Below, piece by piece: positions 49,376 through 62,875 of a stretch of DNA of 64,000 bases. The notes beneath the pieces were generated by a model. It was not told the origin of the DNA, ran no database searches, and saw only the letters and a list, made by a program, of their open reading frames with translations. The translations under genes were made by a program, and so were the position numbers. The DNA is from Squalus acanthias (Eukaryota), in NCBI GenBank assembly GCA_030390025.1, contig JASTWF010000180.1, forward strand, positions 310,001 to 374,000. The letters run 5' to 3'. Positions within the stretch are counted from its first letter, which is position 1, and each line of letters begins with the position of its first letter.

Positions 49376-50539
49376 GCATTACTCACTTTACTCTGGCATA
49401 CTGTCACTCTGTCGGTTGCAATAATCCTAGTCACTTCCCTTGTTTTCGGCTAAACTTATCGGCCTGGGGCTGTCATTGAGGTCTGCAGCTCCCACAATGC
49501 AGCGCTGTAGAGAAGGTCCCTATCTATGAAATGGGCTGCACTGCACTCTCGGAGAGCTGTTGGCAGCTGTGGACTTCTACAGTTCTTTTAACGAGTACTA
49601 TGTTGTCCCGGCGCGCCACACTTTCCCATTCATCGATTATATGATCGAGCCGCTATTTTGATCGAAATTGAAGCCTCTTTTCCTTTCAATCCAGTTGTTT
49701 CATTTATATAAACTTTAAATATAACTTCTTAACTGTTCTTCACAGTTTATAATGATGATTTAGATTTTGGAATCAAAAACACATTGGCGGAAATATTTCG
49801 TTGGGGTGGATGTCAGCGGTTGCTTTCGGTGGCGGGTCGGCTCGGAATTTCTTTTGATTGCGGGTCAGGAGCATATGGAGGGAGTCATGGGAGAGCCTGG
49901 GTGCAGCTGTGCATCTTTGTGCAGTGCTTGTCAGTGTTTGCAGCACCTCAATGCTGTAGAACACACAAAGCACAACTGCCAATACCAATTTGCGCATGGT
50001 CCCTTTAATGAAACAGGCTGATGAAAGGATTAATTAATAATCTTGTAGTAAAGGGGCCTTTAGGGAAGTGTGACCATAATATTGTAGATTTTATAATGAG
50101 TTTGATTTTGATTTCGTTAAATCGGAAACTAGGGTCTTAAATCTAAACAAAGCAAACTACGTAGGTATGAGGAGCGAGTTGGCTAAGGTAGATTGAAAAA
50201 CTACATTAAAAGTTATGATGGTAGACAAGTAATGGCTAGCATTTAAATAATTAATGCATAATTTACATAAAATATACATTCCTTTAAGGCACATAAACCC
50301 CACAGGAAAAGTGGTCCAACCGTGGCTAACAAGAGAAGTTAAATATAGTATTAGATCAAATGAAGAGTATTATAATAAAGGAAATAGAGGGTTATGCTGA
50401 GAGAATTAGCTTAAGAAAGACAGCAGGAGGCTCGAGTGGAGCATAAACGTCGGCATGGTCTGGTTTGGCCGAGTGGCCTGTTTCTGTACCTTATATCCTA
50501 TATAATCCTATGTAAGCTGCCTCAATGCGCAACATTTTA

Positions 50540-50710
50540 CTTCACACAAACATGGCCGACTACGCGTGACACCCATAGCGAAGCAAATGTGACACAAACA
50601 TGGTCGACAGGACGTCACATAAATATGGCCGACTGCGTATCACACAACCATGATGGACTGCTATCACCAAATGTGGCTGACAACACATCAAAAAAACATG
50701 GCCGCTGCCA
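50540..50710. repeat. ~26-bp degenerate tandem repeat, inverted relative of 5330-5500
   Basis: cacacaaacatggccgac units. Confidence 0.6.
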
Positions 50711-50969
50711 GTTTGCCCTGCAGTGGATGACGAAAGAATGCTTTTTTCATGTCACAGCACCGTGATTGAGTTTTACTCCAATTGATTCAGGGTCAGGGCG
50801 TCACGGACCGTCTCCTGCCCCCTGCTCAGCTCTCAACAGCCCCACTTTGTGCAGCCTGTGCCCCTTGACCCAGGGCTGTGACGAGGGGATGGGGTCATTT
50901 CGGGACCTTTTAAAGAGGCCCTGCACTGCTCGAGGGTGTCCTTTTAAACTTTTGACGGGTAGCCACTGT

Positions 50970-51500
50970 TTTATTTTATTCGCTTATGGGATCTGGGCGT
51001 CGCTGGCAAGGACAGCATTTATTGTCCATCCCTGGTTGTCCTTGAGAAGGTGGTGGTGAGCCGCCTTCTTGAATCGCTGCAGTCCGTGTGGTGAAGGTGC
51101 TCCCACAGTGCTGCAAGGAGGGACTTCCAGGATTTTGACCCAGCGACGATGAAGGATCGGCGATATACTTCTAAGTCAGGATGGTGTGTGACTTGGAGGG
51201 GAACTTGGAGGTGGTGGTGTTCCCATGCGCCTGCTGCCCTTGTCCTTCTAGGTGGAAGAGATCGCGGGTTTGGGAGAAGCTGCCGAAGAAGCCTTGGCGA
51301 GTTGCTGCAGTGCATCTTGTAGATGGTACACACTGCAGCCACGGTACGCTGGTGTTGGAGGGAGTGAATGTTTAAGGTGGTGGATGCGGTGCCAATCAAG
51401 CGGGCTGCTTTGTCCTGGATGGTGTCGAGCTTCTTGAGTGCTGCTGGAGCTGCACTCATCCAGGCAAGTGGAGAGTATTCCATCACACTCCTGACTTGTG
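50970..51500 (-). mobile_element. Second LINE family 3' fragment
   Basis: MEYSPLAWMSAAP...RTVAAVCTIYKMHC on minus strand. Confidence 0.85.
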
Positions 51501-51645
51501 TAACGTGGAAACGCGGAAGCTATTTTGAGCACAGCAAGATCCCGCAAACAACAATGATATAATGACCAACTAATCTCTTTTTGTGATGTTGATTTGTAAA
51601 TCTTGGCGAGGGCACCTTGAAAACGCCCCTGCTCGTCTTCAAAAT

Positions 51646-51840
51646 AGTCTGGGTATCTTGTTGCAAAGTCTGGGTATCTTGTTGCAAAGTCTGGGTATCT
51701 TGTTGCAAAGTTTGGGTATCCTATTGCAAAGTCTGGGAATCTTTTTCATAAGTCTTGATATCTTTGTTAAAAAGTCTGTGTATCCTATTGCAAAGTCTGG
51801 TGATTTTGTTACAAATACTTGGTATACTGTTGCAAAGATT
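51646..51840. repeat. 21-bp tandem repeat (agtctgggtatcttgttgcaa)
   Basis: About 9 units decaying to the right. Confidence 0.85.
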
Positions 51841-52001
51841 CGTTCTTTGTTTCAAATACTGGATTGAAACGGGAGGTCCAAACCGGATATATGTGGTAAA
51901 CAATAGATGGGGACAGTGGTACAGAGCGGGACCTACCTGCACCTTCTCACAGAACATTGCTGTTGTTGGTCCCACACCAGTAGCTTGATAAAATTCTCCA
52001 A

Positions 52002-52797
52002 ATGTTCTTCAAAGTGATTCAGGACGAAACGCTGGCATTAATGTTCTTATCATTTCTCCGTGAGTCGCTATATTGGTTCAAAAACCTGTCCTGCTTCAAT
52101 ATTGCAATTAAGTTTATTTATTTTGTTTTACATAGAATTTACAGCTCAGAAACAGGCCATTCGGCCCAAAAGGTCTACGCCGGTGTTTATGCTCTGCTTG
52201 AGCCTCCTTCATCTAACCCGACCAGCATATCCTGCTATACCTTTCTCTCTCGTGTACTTAGCTAGCTTCCCCGTAACTGAAGCTTAGTTATTCGCCTCAA
52301 CAACTCCATGTGGTAGCGAGTTCCATGTAATAACCACTCTCTGGGTAAAGAGGTTTCTCCCGAATCCATTTTGGATTTATGAGCGACTATTGTATACTGA
52401 TGGCCCCCTAGTTTCTGACTCCACGGGCAAGTGGAAACATCTTCTCCGGGTCTATTTGTCCAACCTTTCTTTGTCCTTATTTGCACCCTGTAGATTGCGC
52501 CGAATGCCACCTAGTATTGGAGCAAACGCCAGCCAGGGAATCGGTGAGGGAGGGCGGAGAAGCTGTCCTGCTCTGCAAGATGCTGGGCCAGGACTCGAGG
52601 AGGTCGGGTATCTTTCACTGGTACCGGCAGATTCATCACCAGACACCCGAATGGGTTTACAGCGCGGGAGATTACTACGGGGAAGGTTTTCAACAGAGGT
52701 TTAAAGGATTGCTGTACCGCGATAAGAACGTGTTGGCTTTGCAGATTAAGAACTCTCGTTTCCAGGACAGCGCAGTCTATTACTGTGCTTCGATTGA
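52002..52797 (+). CDS. Ig-like V segment (V6; TAILV-like candidate); leader exon 52002-52059, V exon 52494-52797
   Basis: Leader MFFKVIQDETLALMFLSFL with C|gtgagt donor, ccctgtag acceptor; LVLEQTP...AVLLCKM...FHWYRQ..TPEWVY...YYGEGFQQRFKG...DSAVYYCAS; open frame. Confidence 0.88.
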
Positions 52798-52836
52798 CAC
52801 AGCCCTGCACACACCGCCTAAAGCAGCACAAAAACA
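52798..52836 (+). promoter_or_regulatory. 23-RSS of V6
   Basis: CACAGCC-23 bp-ACAAAAACA. Confidence 0.92.
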
Positions 52837-52844
52837 AGCGATAA

Positions 52845-53478
52845 AACAGACATGACAGACAAAAGGAGACGGACATGAAAAGGGAGAGAAATAGAGGGCC
52901 AAAAACGGAGAGAGGGAGAGAGAGAGATAGAGCGACAGACATAGAGAAGGCAGAGCGACAGAGTCCGACGTGGAGAGGGAGAGAAACAGAGAAAGAAACG
53001 GAGAAATAGAGACAGAGACAAACCTGAAGAGAATGAGAGTGAAAAACAGAAAGACATATATGGAGAGTCTGAGAGATACAGAGACAGACAGGGCGAGTGA
53101 GGGACAGAGACAGATATGGATATGGAGAGAAACAGAGGAACAAACATGGCGAGGGAGAGAGAGACAGAGTGGAAGACATGGAGAGAGAGAGGCAGATAGA
53201 CAAACATAAAGAGGGCGAGAGAGAGAAGGACAGAGACAGACATGAAGAGCGGGGAAAAGAAACATTGAGACAGACTTGCAGTAAGAGGCAGAGACAGACT
53301 TAGAGAGGGAGAGAGAGACAGTGAGAAATGGAGAAGGACAGAAAGAAACGGAACAACAGACATGGAAAGGGAGAGAAACAGAGGGACTGACATGGGGAGG
53401 GACACAGAGACAGACTTAGAGAGAGACAGAGAGAGACAGAGACAGACATGAAGAGGCAGAGAAACACAGAGACAGTCT
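52845..53478. repeat. GA-rich low-complexity repeat (gagacagagacagacatggaga)
   Basis: Continues at 58470-59050 on the far side of a CR1 insertion. Confidence 0.85.
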
Positions 53479-53484
53479 TGAAGA

Positions 53485-56400
53485 TCATAGAATAAAATCA
53501 TAGAAATATACGGAACAGAAGAGGCCATTCGGCCCATCGTGTCTGTGCCGGATGAGAAAGAGTTATCCAGCGTAATCCCACGTTCTAGCTCTTGGTCCGT
53601 AGCTTTGTAGGTCACAGCACTTCAAGTGATTATCCAAGAACTTTTTAAATGTGATAAAGGTTTCTGCCTCAACCACACTTTCAGGCAGTGAGTTCCAGAA
53701 CCCCACAACCCTGTGGGTGAAAAAAGTTTTCCTCAACTCCCCTCTAATCCTTCTAGCAATTACTTTAATTCTATGGCCCCTGGTAATTGACCTCTCTGCA
53801 AGGGGAAATAGCAAATAGGTAATAGGTCCTTCCTCTCCACTCTATCTAGGCCCCTCATAATTTTATACACCTTAATCAAATCTTCCCTCAGCCTCCTCTG
53901 TTCCAAAGAAAACAACCCCAGCCTATCCAATCGTTCCTCATAGCAGAATTTCCCCAACCCAGGCAACATCCTCGTAAATCTCTTCTGTACCCTCTCTCGT
54001 GCAATCACATCTTTCATAATGTTGTGAACAGAAATGTACGCAGTACACTAGCTGTGGCTTAACTAGTGTTTTATACAGTTCAAGCATAATCTCCCTGCTC
54101 TTATATTCTATGCCTCGGCTAATAAAGAAAAGTATCCCGTATGCTTTCTTAACCACTTATCTACCTGTCCTGTTATCTTCAGGGATCTGTGGATATGCAC
54201 TCCAAGGTCCCTCTGCTCCTGTATACTTCTCAATATCCCACCATTTATTGTGTATTCCTTGCCTTGTTAGCCCTCCCCAAATGCATCACCTCACACTTCT
54301 CCGGAATGAATTCCATTTGCCACTTTTCTGATCACCAGGCCAGTCCTTGATATCTTCCTGCAGTCTAAAGCTTTCTTCCTCACTATCAACCACACGGCTA
54401 ATTTTTGTATCATCTGCAAACTTCTTAATCATGCCCCCTACATTTAAGTCTAAATCCTTTATATATAGCACGAAAAGCAAGGGACCTAGTACTGAGCCCT
54501 GCGGAATCCCACTGGAAACAGCATTCCAGTCACAAAAGCACCCGTCAACCATAACCCTTTTGCTTCCTGCCACTGAGCCAATACGATCCAACTTGCCACT
54601 TTCCCTTGGATCCCATGAGATTTAACTTTTCTAACCAGTCTGCCATGTGGGACATTGTCAAAAGCCTTGAAAAAATACATGTAGATCACATCAAACCCGC
54701 TACCCTCATCAGACCTCCTTGTTACCTCCTCAAAAAATTCAGTCAGACACGACCTTCTCTTAACAAATCCATGCTGACTGTCCTTGATTGATCCGTGCCT
54801 TTCTAAATGACGATTAATACTGTCCCTCAGAATACTTGCCAATAATTTGCCAACCACCGAGCTTAGGCTGACTGGCCTGAAATTATTCAGTCTATCCCTT
54901 TCTCCCTTTTTAAAGAATGGTAAACAATAGCAGTCCTCCAGTCCTCTGGCACTACACCTGTAGCCAGAGAGGATTGGAAAATGATGGTCAGAGCCGAAGC
55001 TATTTCCTCCCTTGTTTCTCTTCATAGCCTGGGATACATTTCATCTGGGCCTGGCGATTTATCTACTTTCAAAGATGCTAAAACCCTTAATACTTCTCTC
55101 ACTATGCTTGTCTCATCTAATATTTCCTCCTTAACTACAATGTCTGCTTCATCTCTCTCTTTTGTGAAGACAGACACAAAGTAATCATTGAGAACGATGC
55201 CCACATCTTCCGCCTCCACACTCAAGTCACCTTTTTGCTCTCTAATAGGCTCTAATAGATCAAAACCCTCTCTTTAGTTATCCTCTTGCTCTTTATGTAT
55301 TTATAAAGAACCATTGGGTTTTCCTTCATTTTACTTGCCAATATTTTTTCATGCCCTTTCTTTGATTTCCTAATTTCCTTTTTAATTTTTCCCCTGCACT
55401 TTTTATACTCCTCTAGTCTTTCTGCAGTATTTAGCTCTCGGTATCTGATATAAGCTTCCCTTTATTGCCTTATCGTACCCTGTATGCCCCTTGACATCCA
55501 GGGTGCTCTAGATCTGGGAGTCCCATCCTTTTTTCTGTTTGGGAGCATATTTGCTGTGAACACTCACAATCTCCTCCTTGAATGCCTCCCACTGATTTAC
55601 CTTAAAGTAGCTGTTTCCAGTTCACTTTTGCTAAATCACATCTCAGCTTAGTAAATCGGCCTTTCCCCAATCGAGAACTTTTATTCCTGGCCGATCTTTG
55701 TCGTTTTCCATGACCACGCTAAATCTACCTCACTGCCCCACCAATATGTTCTCTCACTGAGATCCTTTTCACCTGCCCAGCTTCCTTCCCTAAAACTAAA
55801 TGCACAGCCGACCCTCTCTTCTTGGGTTTGCTACCTACTGGCTAAAAAAAGCTCTGCTGAATGCATTTTAACAATTTTGCACTCTCTCTACATGTTTCAA
55901 TTATCATATCCCTGTTATTGGGATAGTTGAAAACCCCTACTATTACGGCGCTGTTGTTTTTACACTTCTCTGCAATTTACCAATATATTTGCTGTTCTAT
56001 CTCCCTCTGACTTTTTGGGGGCTTATGGTACACTCCCAGCAGTGTGATTGCCCCTTTTGTTTTCTTCAGTTCAACCCATATGGCCTCATTTGATGATTCT
56101 TCGAACATATTATCCCGCCACCACAGAAGCCAGTCTTCAGCCAATTCGATTCAAACCACGTGATATCAAGAAACGGCTCAGCGCCCTGGATACAGCAAAG
56201 GCTATGGGCCCCACAACATCCCGGGTGTCTTGCTGAAGACTTGTGCTCCAAAACTAGCAGTGCATCTAGCCAAGCTGTTCCAGTACAGCTGCAACATTGG
56301 CATCAATCCGACAATGTGGAAAACTGCCCAGGTATGTCCTCTCCACAAAAAGCAGGACAAATCCAAACCGGCCAATTACCGCCCCATCAGTCTACTCTCA

Positions 56401-58400
56401 ATCATCATCAAAGTGATGGAAGGAGTCGTTGACAGTGCTTTCAAGCGGCACTTACTCACCAATAACCTGTTCACCGACGCTCAGTTTGGGTTCTGTCAGG
56501 ACTACTCGGCTCCCGACCTCATTACAGCCTTGGTCCAAAAGTCGGCAAAGGAGCTGAATTCCAGAGGAGAGATGAGAGTGACTGCCCTTGGCATTAAGGC
56601 AGCATTTGACCGAGTGTGGCATCAAGGAGCCCTATTAAAACTGAAGTCAATGGGAATCGGGGGGAAAACTCTCCAGTGGCAAGACATCGCTGCAGCAGTT
56701 CCCCAGGGCAGTGTCCTGGGCCCAACCATCTCCAGCTGCTTCATCAATAACCATCTCTCCATCATAAGGTCAGAAGTGGGGATGTTAACTAATGACTTCA
56801 CAGTGTTCAGTGCCATTCGCAACTTCTCAGATAATGAAGCAGTTCATGCCCGCATGCAGCAAGACCTGGACGACATTCAGACTTAGTCTGATAAGTGGCA
56901 GGTAACAATTGTGCCACACAAGTGACAGGCAATGCCTATCTCCAACAAGCGAGCGTCTAACCACCGCCCCTTGACATTTAACGGCATTACCATCGCCGAA
57001 TCCCCCATCATAAACATCCTGGTGGTTAACATTGACTAGAAAATTAACTGGACCAGCCACATAAATACTGTGGCAACAAGAGCAGGTCAGAGGCTGGGCA
57101 TTCTACGGCGATTGTCCCACCTCCTGACTCTCCAAAGCCTTTCCACCATCTACAAGGCACAAGTAAGGAGTGTGATGGAACACTCTCCACTTGCCTGGAT
57201 GAGTGCAGCTCCAACAACACTCAAAATGTTCGACACCATCCAGGACAAAGTAGCCCGCTTGACTGGCACCCCATCCATCACCTTAAACATTCACTTCCTC
57301 CACCACCGGCGCACCGTGGCTGCAGTGTGTACCATCTACAAGATGCACTGCAGCAACTCGCCAAAGCTTCTCTGCAGCACCTCCCAAATCCGCGACCTCT
57401 TCCACCTGGAAGGACAAGGGCAGCAGGCGCATGGGAACAACCCCATCTCCAATTTCCCCTCGAAGTCACACACCATCCTGACTTGGAAGTATATCGCCGT
57501 TCCTTCATCGTCGCTGGGTTAAAATCCTGGAACTCCCTCCCTAACAGCACTGTGGGAGTACCTTCACCACACGGACTGGAGCGGTTCAAGAAGGCGGCTC
57601 ACCACCGCCTTCTCAAGGGCAGCTCGGGATGGCCAATAAAATTTGGCCTTGCCAGCGAAGGTCCACATCCCATGAACGAATAAAAAAAATCCTGGAGTCA
57701 CACTGTGGCCGCTGAAACTCTTGTCTGTACCCCTAACTATTATCACTATTGCTTTTCTGAACTTCCTCCTGCCCCCCTTTACAGCTGAGCCACCCACGGT
57801 ACTGTGGACTTGTCTTTGGCTGTACTCCCCAAAGGAACCCTCGCCCTCACTCGTACTTAGAACTGAATAACGGTTAGACAGCGAGATTCATCAGGGGGCT
57901 CCTGTCCTCCTTGTCTGGCTTCCGGTCACCATTCCCTCTCCGTCTGCAAACTCTTAAGCTTCGGGGTGACCACCTCCTGAAACGTGCTATCCATGTAGCT
58001 CTCAGCCTCGCAGGAGCACTGCAGTGACGCCAGCCGCTGCTCAAGCTCCGAAACCCGGAGCTCGAGCTCCTCCAACTGACGAAACGTTCAACACATGTAG
58101 TTGTCCAGGACACGAGAAGCACACTGGAGTTCGCACAGGGCACAGGATGTGCATTGGATGGGACTGAGGTGCCCCGTCATACCTCTATGAATAGACTACA
58201 AGCTAAACTTCTTAGTCTAACCCACTGACTTAACTTAGAGAGAGAAAAAAGACAAAATTATTGACTCAAGTTTAACAAGAACCACAGACATACTAAACAC
58301 GAGTCCTCTGGTTCTGCGGCTCCACTCCTTCTCCTGAGTTGAACGTGAGAAACCGCCTTCCTCCTCGCCACCGAATTCCTACTATCACCACGTTCTTCCA
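53485..58400 (-). mobile_element. Long degenerate CR1 LINE with nested LINE
   Basis: RT, APE and ORF1 remnants in order on minus strand. Confidence 0.85.
56115..57690 (+). mobile_element. Second LINE family copy nested in CR1
   Basis: NYRPISLLS, VPQGSVLGP; tail ccacatcccatgaacgaataaaaaaa. Confidence 0.88.
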
Positions 58401-58469
58401 CTCTGCTTGAGATCCAATCCGATTGCGCTTCACCCAGCTCTGTCTCCAAGCGCTGTGTTCAAGCTCTGA

Positions 58470-59050
58470 TAGAGATAGACATAGCCATAGAAAGGAAGAG
58501 AGTAAAGCAGAGAGACAGACATGGAGAGGGAGAGAAAGAAACAGAGACAGACATGGAGAGGGAGGGCGACAGACAGGGAGAGCGAGAGAGAGACAGAGAC
58601 AGACATGGAGATGGAGAGAGAGACAGAGACAGACATGGAGATGGAGAGAGAGACAGAGACAGACATGGAGAGCGAGAGAGAGACAGAGACAGACATGGAG
58701 ATGGAGAGAGAGACAGAGACAGACATGGAGAGGGGGGGGACAGACATGGAGAGCGAGAGAGAGACAGAGACAGACATGGAGAGGGAGGGGGACAGACATG
58801 GAGAGCGAGAGAGAGACAGAGACAGACATGGAGATGGAGAGAGAGACAGAGACAGACATGGAGAGGGAGGGGGACAGACATGGAGAGCGAGAGAGATACA
58901 GAGACAGACATGGAGCTGGAGAGAGAGACAGAGGCAGACATGGAGAGGGAGAGGACAAACATGGAGAGGGAGAGAGACAGAGACAGAGATAGAAAGGAAG
59001 AGAGCAAAACAGGGAGACAAACATAGAGAGGGAGAGAGAGACACACACAC
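58470..59050. repeat. GA-rich minisatellite (~30-bp gagacagagacagacatggagatggagaga)
   Basis: Tandem units. Confidence 0.88.
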
Positions 59051-59137
59051 AGGGACATACACTGCTCCGACTCAACAGATTGGGGCAAAGTACGGAGGGC
59101 AATCAATAGCCCCGGGATAACTAACTGCGGACATTTT

Positions 59138-59913
59138 GGGCCGGAATTTGATGTAGAAATAACGGCGAGGCTAACAGCGCTCGCCATTATTAAAGTGTAA
59201 ATCGGACAGCAGCTTCCAGCGACCATACTTGCGCAGTTAATCAGGAAGTTGCTGTCCGAGTTGCCCTGCTCCGAAAGAAACTTAGCTATAACAGTATTCC
59301 GCCGATAGACTCGGCACTGAAACAAAAAGAATGACGTGGAGTTGCTGTAGTTACCTGTTAGATACCCACTAAACTCGCCAGATAAAGTTAGGGCTGGTCC
59401 ATTCCAGTGCAATTAAATTTGAACGCTGTGATAAGTCTTAATTATTAACAAACAACCTCACTGAGACTGAAAATTAACTTTCACAAGCGTGGAGACTCAT
59501 TCCTTCAGATTTTAATTATAATTGGAGATTTGAAAAGGTAAACATTTTAAATAAAACATTTTTTTTACTATTTCTTTGTCGTTTTTTCTCTCTCTTAATC
59601 TCGTCTTCCTTTCCCTCTCATTATTTCACTTTCTGTACCTGATTTGGCTTTGAATTAAATATTCCAACTGACACTTCCTGGTTCAGGCGCTACGCTGCTC
59701 ATTAACGATTCTTCACTCTGATTGGTTAAGGAGATTCACCGTTCATCGCCCTATTCACACAGGTCCAGGATCCCCTGTAGAGGGAGCTGTGTCGAAATCG
59801 CTCTCTAATTTACAGTAAATTTCATTTAAAATGCCATAGAAAGTCTGCGGGAAAGTGCAAGTTTAATGAACGGAGGGCGCCGTTCGTACGCCGCTGAGCG
59901 TCAAAACCGGCCC
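59138..59913. mobile_element. MITE / non-autonomous TIR element
   Basis: Imperfect TIRs gggccggaatttga / tcaaaaccggccc with AT-rich centre, same layout as 4036-4545. Confidence 0.55.
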
Positions 59914-59959
59914 AATAGAAAATAGCGGAGTTGCTAAATAGTATTTCACTTTCTCCTCT

Positions 59960-61895
59960 GCTGTACAATATATATCAATGATTTGGATGAGGGGACCAAT
60001 TGTAATATATACAAGTTTGCTGATGATACAAAGCTAGGTGGGAATGTAAGTTATGAGGAGGATGCAACGAGGCTTCAAGGGGATATAGACAAAACATGGC
60101 AAATGGAATATAATGTGGAGAAATGTGAAGGTATCCTCTTTGGAAGAAAAAATAGAAAATCAGAGTATTTTTCAAATGGTGAAAGATTGCGAAATGTTGG
60201 TGTTCAGAGGGACCTGGGTGTCTTTGTACACGAATCACTGAAAGTTAACATGCATGTACAGCAAGCAATTAGGAAAGCAACTGGTATGTTGGCCTTTATT
60301 ACAAGGAGATTTGAGTATAAGGGTAAAGACATTTTGCTCCAATTATATAGGGCCCTGGTGAGACCACACCTGGAGTATTGTGTAGTTTTGGTCTCCTTTC
60401 CTAAGGAAGGATATACTTGCCATAGAGGGAGTGCAACGAAGGTTCACCAGACTGATTCCTGGGATGGGGATATTGCCCTATGAGGAGAGATTGAGTAGAC
60501 TAGGCCAATATTCTCTAGCGATTAGAAGAATGAGAGAAGGCGGTACAGCAGGCGGTTAAGAAGTCAAATGGTATGTTGGCCTTCGTAGTGAGAGGGTTTG
60601 AGTACAGGAGCAAGGATGTCTTGCTGCAGTTGTACAGGGCCTTGGTGAGACCACACCTTGAGTATTGTGTGCAGTTTTGGTCGCCTTATCTGAGGAAGGA
60701 GGTTCTTGCCATGGAGGGTGTGCAACGAAAATTCACCAGACTGATACCTGGGATGGCCGGAATGACGTACGAGGAGAGATTGGGTCGATTGGGCTTATAC
60801 TCGCTGGAGTTTAGAAGAATGAGAGGAGATCTCATTGAAACTTATAAAATTCTAATAGGGCTAGACAGACTGGCAGCAGGAAGGATGTTTCCGATGGCAG
60901 GTGAGTCCAGAACAAGAGGTCACAGACTAAAGATAAGGGGTAAGCCATTTAGGACAGAGATAAGGTGGAATTTCCTCACCCAGAGAGTGGTGAACCTATG
61001 GAATTCTCTACCACAGAAGGCAGTTGAGGCCAAGTCAGTAAATATATTCAAGAAGGAGTTAGATATATTTTTTAAGGCTAAAGGTGTCAAGGGATATGGG
61101 GAGAAGGCAGGGACAGGGTACTGAGTTTGGATGATCAGCCATCACAGAATCACAGAAGCACAGAATCCCCACAGCGCAGATAGAGGCCATTTCGGCCCAT
61201 TGAGCCTGCACCGACACATATCCCACCCTATCCCCGTAACCCTATGTATTTAATCCCCCCCTAACACTAAGGGTCAATTTATCATAGCCAAATCAACCTA
61301 ACCCGCACATCTTTGGACTGTGGGAGGAAACCGGAGCACCCGGAGGAAACCCACGGGGAGAATGTGGAAACTCCACACAGACAGTCACCCGTGGCCGGAT
61401 TCGAAACCGGCTCCCTGGCGCTGTGAGGCATGATCTCACCGAATGGCGGAGCAGGCTCGAGGGGCCGAATGGCCTACTCCTGCTCCTATCTTCTATGTTT
61501 CTATGTTTCTCTGAAACATACAACATTCTTACAGGGCTTGACAGGGTAGATGCAGGGAGGGTGTTTCCCCTGGCTGGGGCGTCTAGAACCAGGGATCACA
61601 GTCTCAAAATAAGGGGCCAGCCATTTTGGACTGAGATGAGGAGAAATGTCTTCACTCAGAGGGTGTTGAATCTTTGGAATTCTCTACCCCAGAGGGCTGT
61701 GGAGACTCGGTCGTTGATTATATTCAAGACAGAGATTGATAGATTTTTGAATATTAAGGGAATCAAGGGATATGGGGATAGTGTAGGAAAGTGGAGTTGA
61801 GGTAGAAGATCAGCCATGATCTTATTGAATGGTGGAGCAGGCTCGAGGGCTCGAATGGCCCACTCCTGCTCCTATTTCTTATGTTTGTGTTTCTT
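59960..61895 (+). mobile_element. CR1 3' fragment with a second CR1 (~60540-61510) and a SINE nested inside
   Basis: Duplicated LEYCVQFWSP/RGDLIE segments with separate tails. Confidence 0.85.
61145..61430 (-). mobile_element. HE1/V-SINE-like SINE
   Basis: gtctgtgtggagttt...ccgggtgctccggtttcctcccacagtccaaagatgtgcgggttagg core on minus strand. Confidence 0.85.
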
Positions 61896-62054
61896 ATATC
61901 GGCTAACTCACGAAAAACCGGGGGAGTTAAATTGGGAATCTGTCTGGTATCCGTGGTTGCGATGTAAAAGTGGCTGTGAATTTACTAACTGGGCTATCAA
62001 TGGACAATGATACCTCTGATCACTTCCCCGCTGATACATTTAACTGTGTGTAAT

Positions 62055-62550
62055 TTCATAGAAGCTTGCAGTACATAAGGAGGCCATTCGGCCCATCGTG
62101 TCTGCGCCGCCGCTTTGAAAGCTCTATGCAATTAGTCCCACTCCTCTGCTCTTGCCGCATAGCCCTTGTTTACCACCTCCCCCCAACTTCAAGTATTTAT
62201 CCAATTCTCATTGGAAAGTTTCTATTTAATCAGCTTCCACCGCCCTTTCAGGCACTGCAACCCAGATAATAAAAACTCGCTGCGGAAAACAAATTATCCT
62301 CACCTTCCCTCTGGCTCATTTACCAATTATCTTAAATTTGTGTCCTCTGATTACCGAACCTCGCGCCAATGGAAATTGTTTCTCCCTATCTACTCTGTCA
62401 AAACCAGATATAGTTTTGAATACCTTTAATAAGTTCCCTCTCTGCTTTGCTCTCAGGAGAACAAACTCAACTTCTCTAGTATCTCCACATACTGAAATCC
62501 CGCATCCCTCGTGCATCTCTAGTCAATCTCTGCTTCACCCCTTCAATGCC
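62055..62550 (-). mobile_element. CR1 3' fragment
   Basis: GFDRVDREKQFPLARGSVIRGHKFKI. Confidence 0.75.
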
Positions 62551-62639
62551 TTAATATATATTTGATTGGGTTTTCATTTATGCTGACATTTTATTTAAAC
62601 ATTTGTTACTTAACTTAACACGGAAAATGAAATGGACCA

Positions 62640-62875
62640 TGACATAAGAAAACTACTAGGCACTTGGTCTAAGCGTTAAACCAAGCTTTAATCAACTGTT
62701 TTTCAACATGGAGGTCTAGTTGTGTCCTTAGCTAGCTCCTGTTAAAGATTGTTCTGAGCAAGCTAGGCCCATGCCCGAGTATTTATACTCTCCCAGGACA
62801 GCGCTACCAGCAGGCCGCCCGGTATTATTTCATAAGTCATTTCCACATGAATGACAAGATTCATGTCAGACCACA
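62640..62875 (-). mobile_element. Possible solo LTR related to the Gypsy LTR
   Basis: Begins tgacataagaa (cf. tgtcgtaagaa), shares aagctttaatcaact and gtatttat, ends ccaca; no clean TSD. Confidence 0.5.

Noticed and set aside
49773-49997. Signal-peptide-like MRKLVLAVVLCVFYSIE on minus strand
   Set aside because: Only a weak phase-0 donor and no V exon before the satellite.
58293-59412. Long ORFs on both strands
   Set aside because: GA-rich minisatellite and MITE sequence.
59771-59788. CTCF-like CCCTGTAGAGGGAGC
   Set aside because: Lies inside a MITE, so it was not counted as locus architecture.
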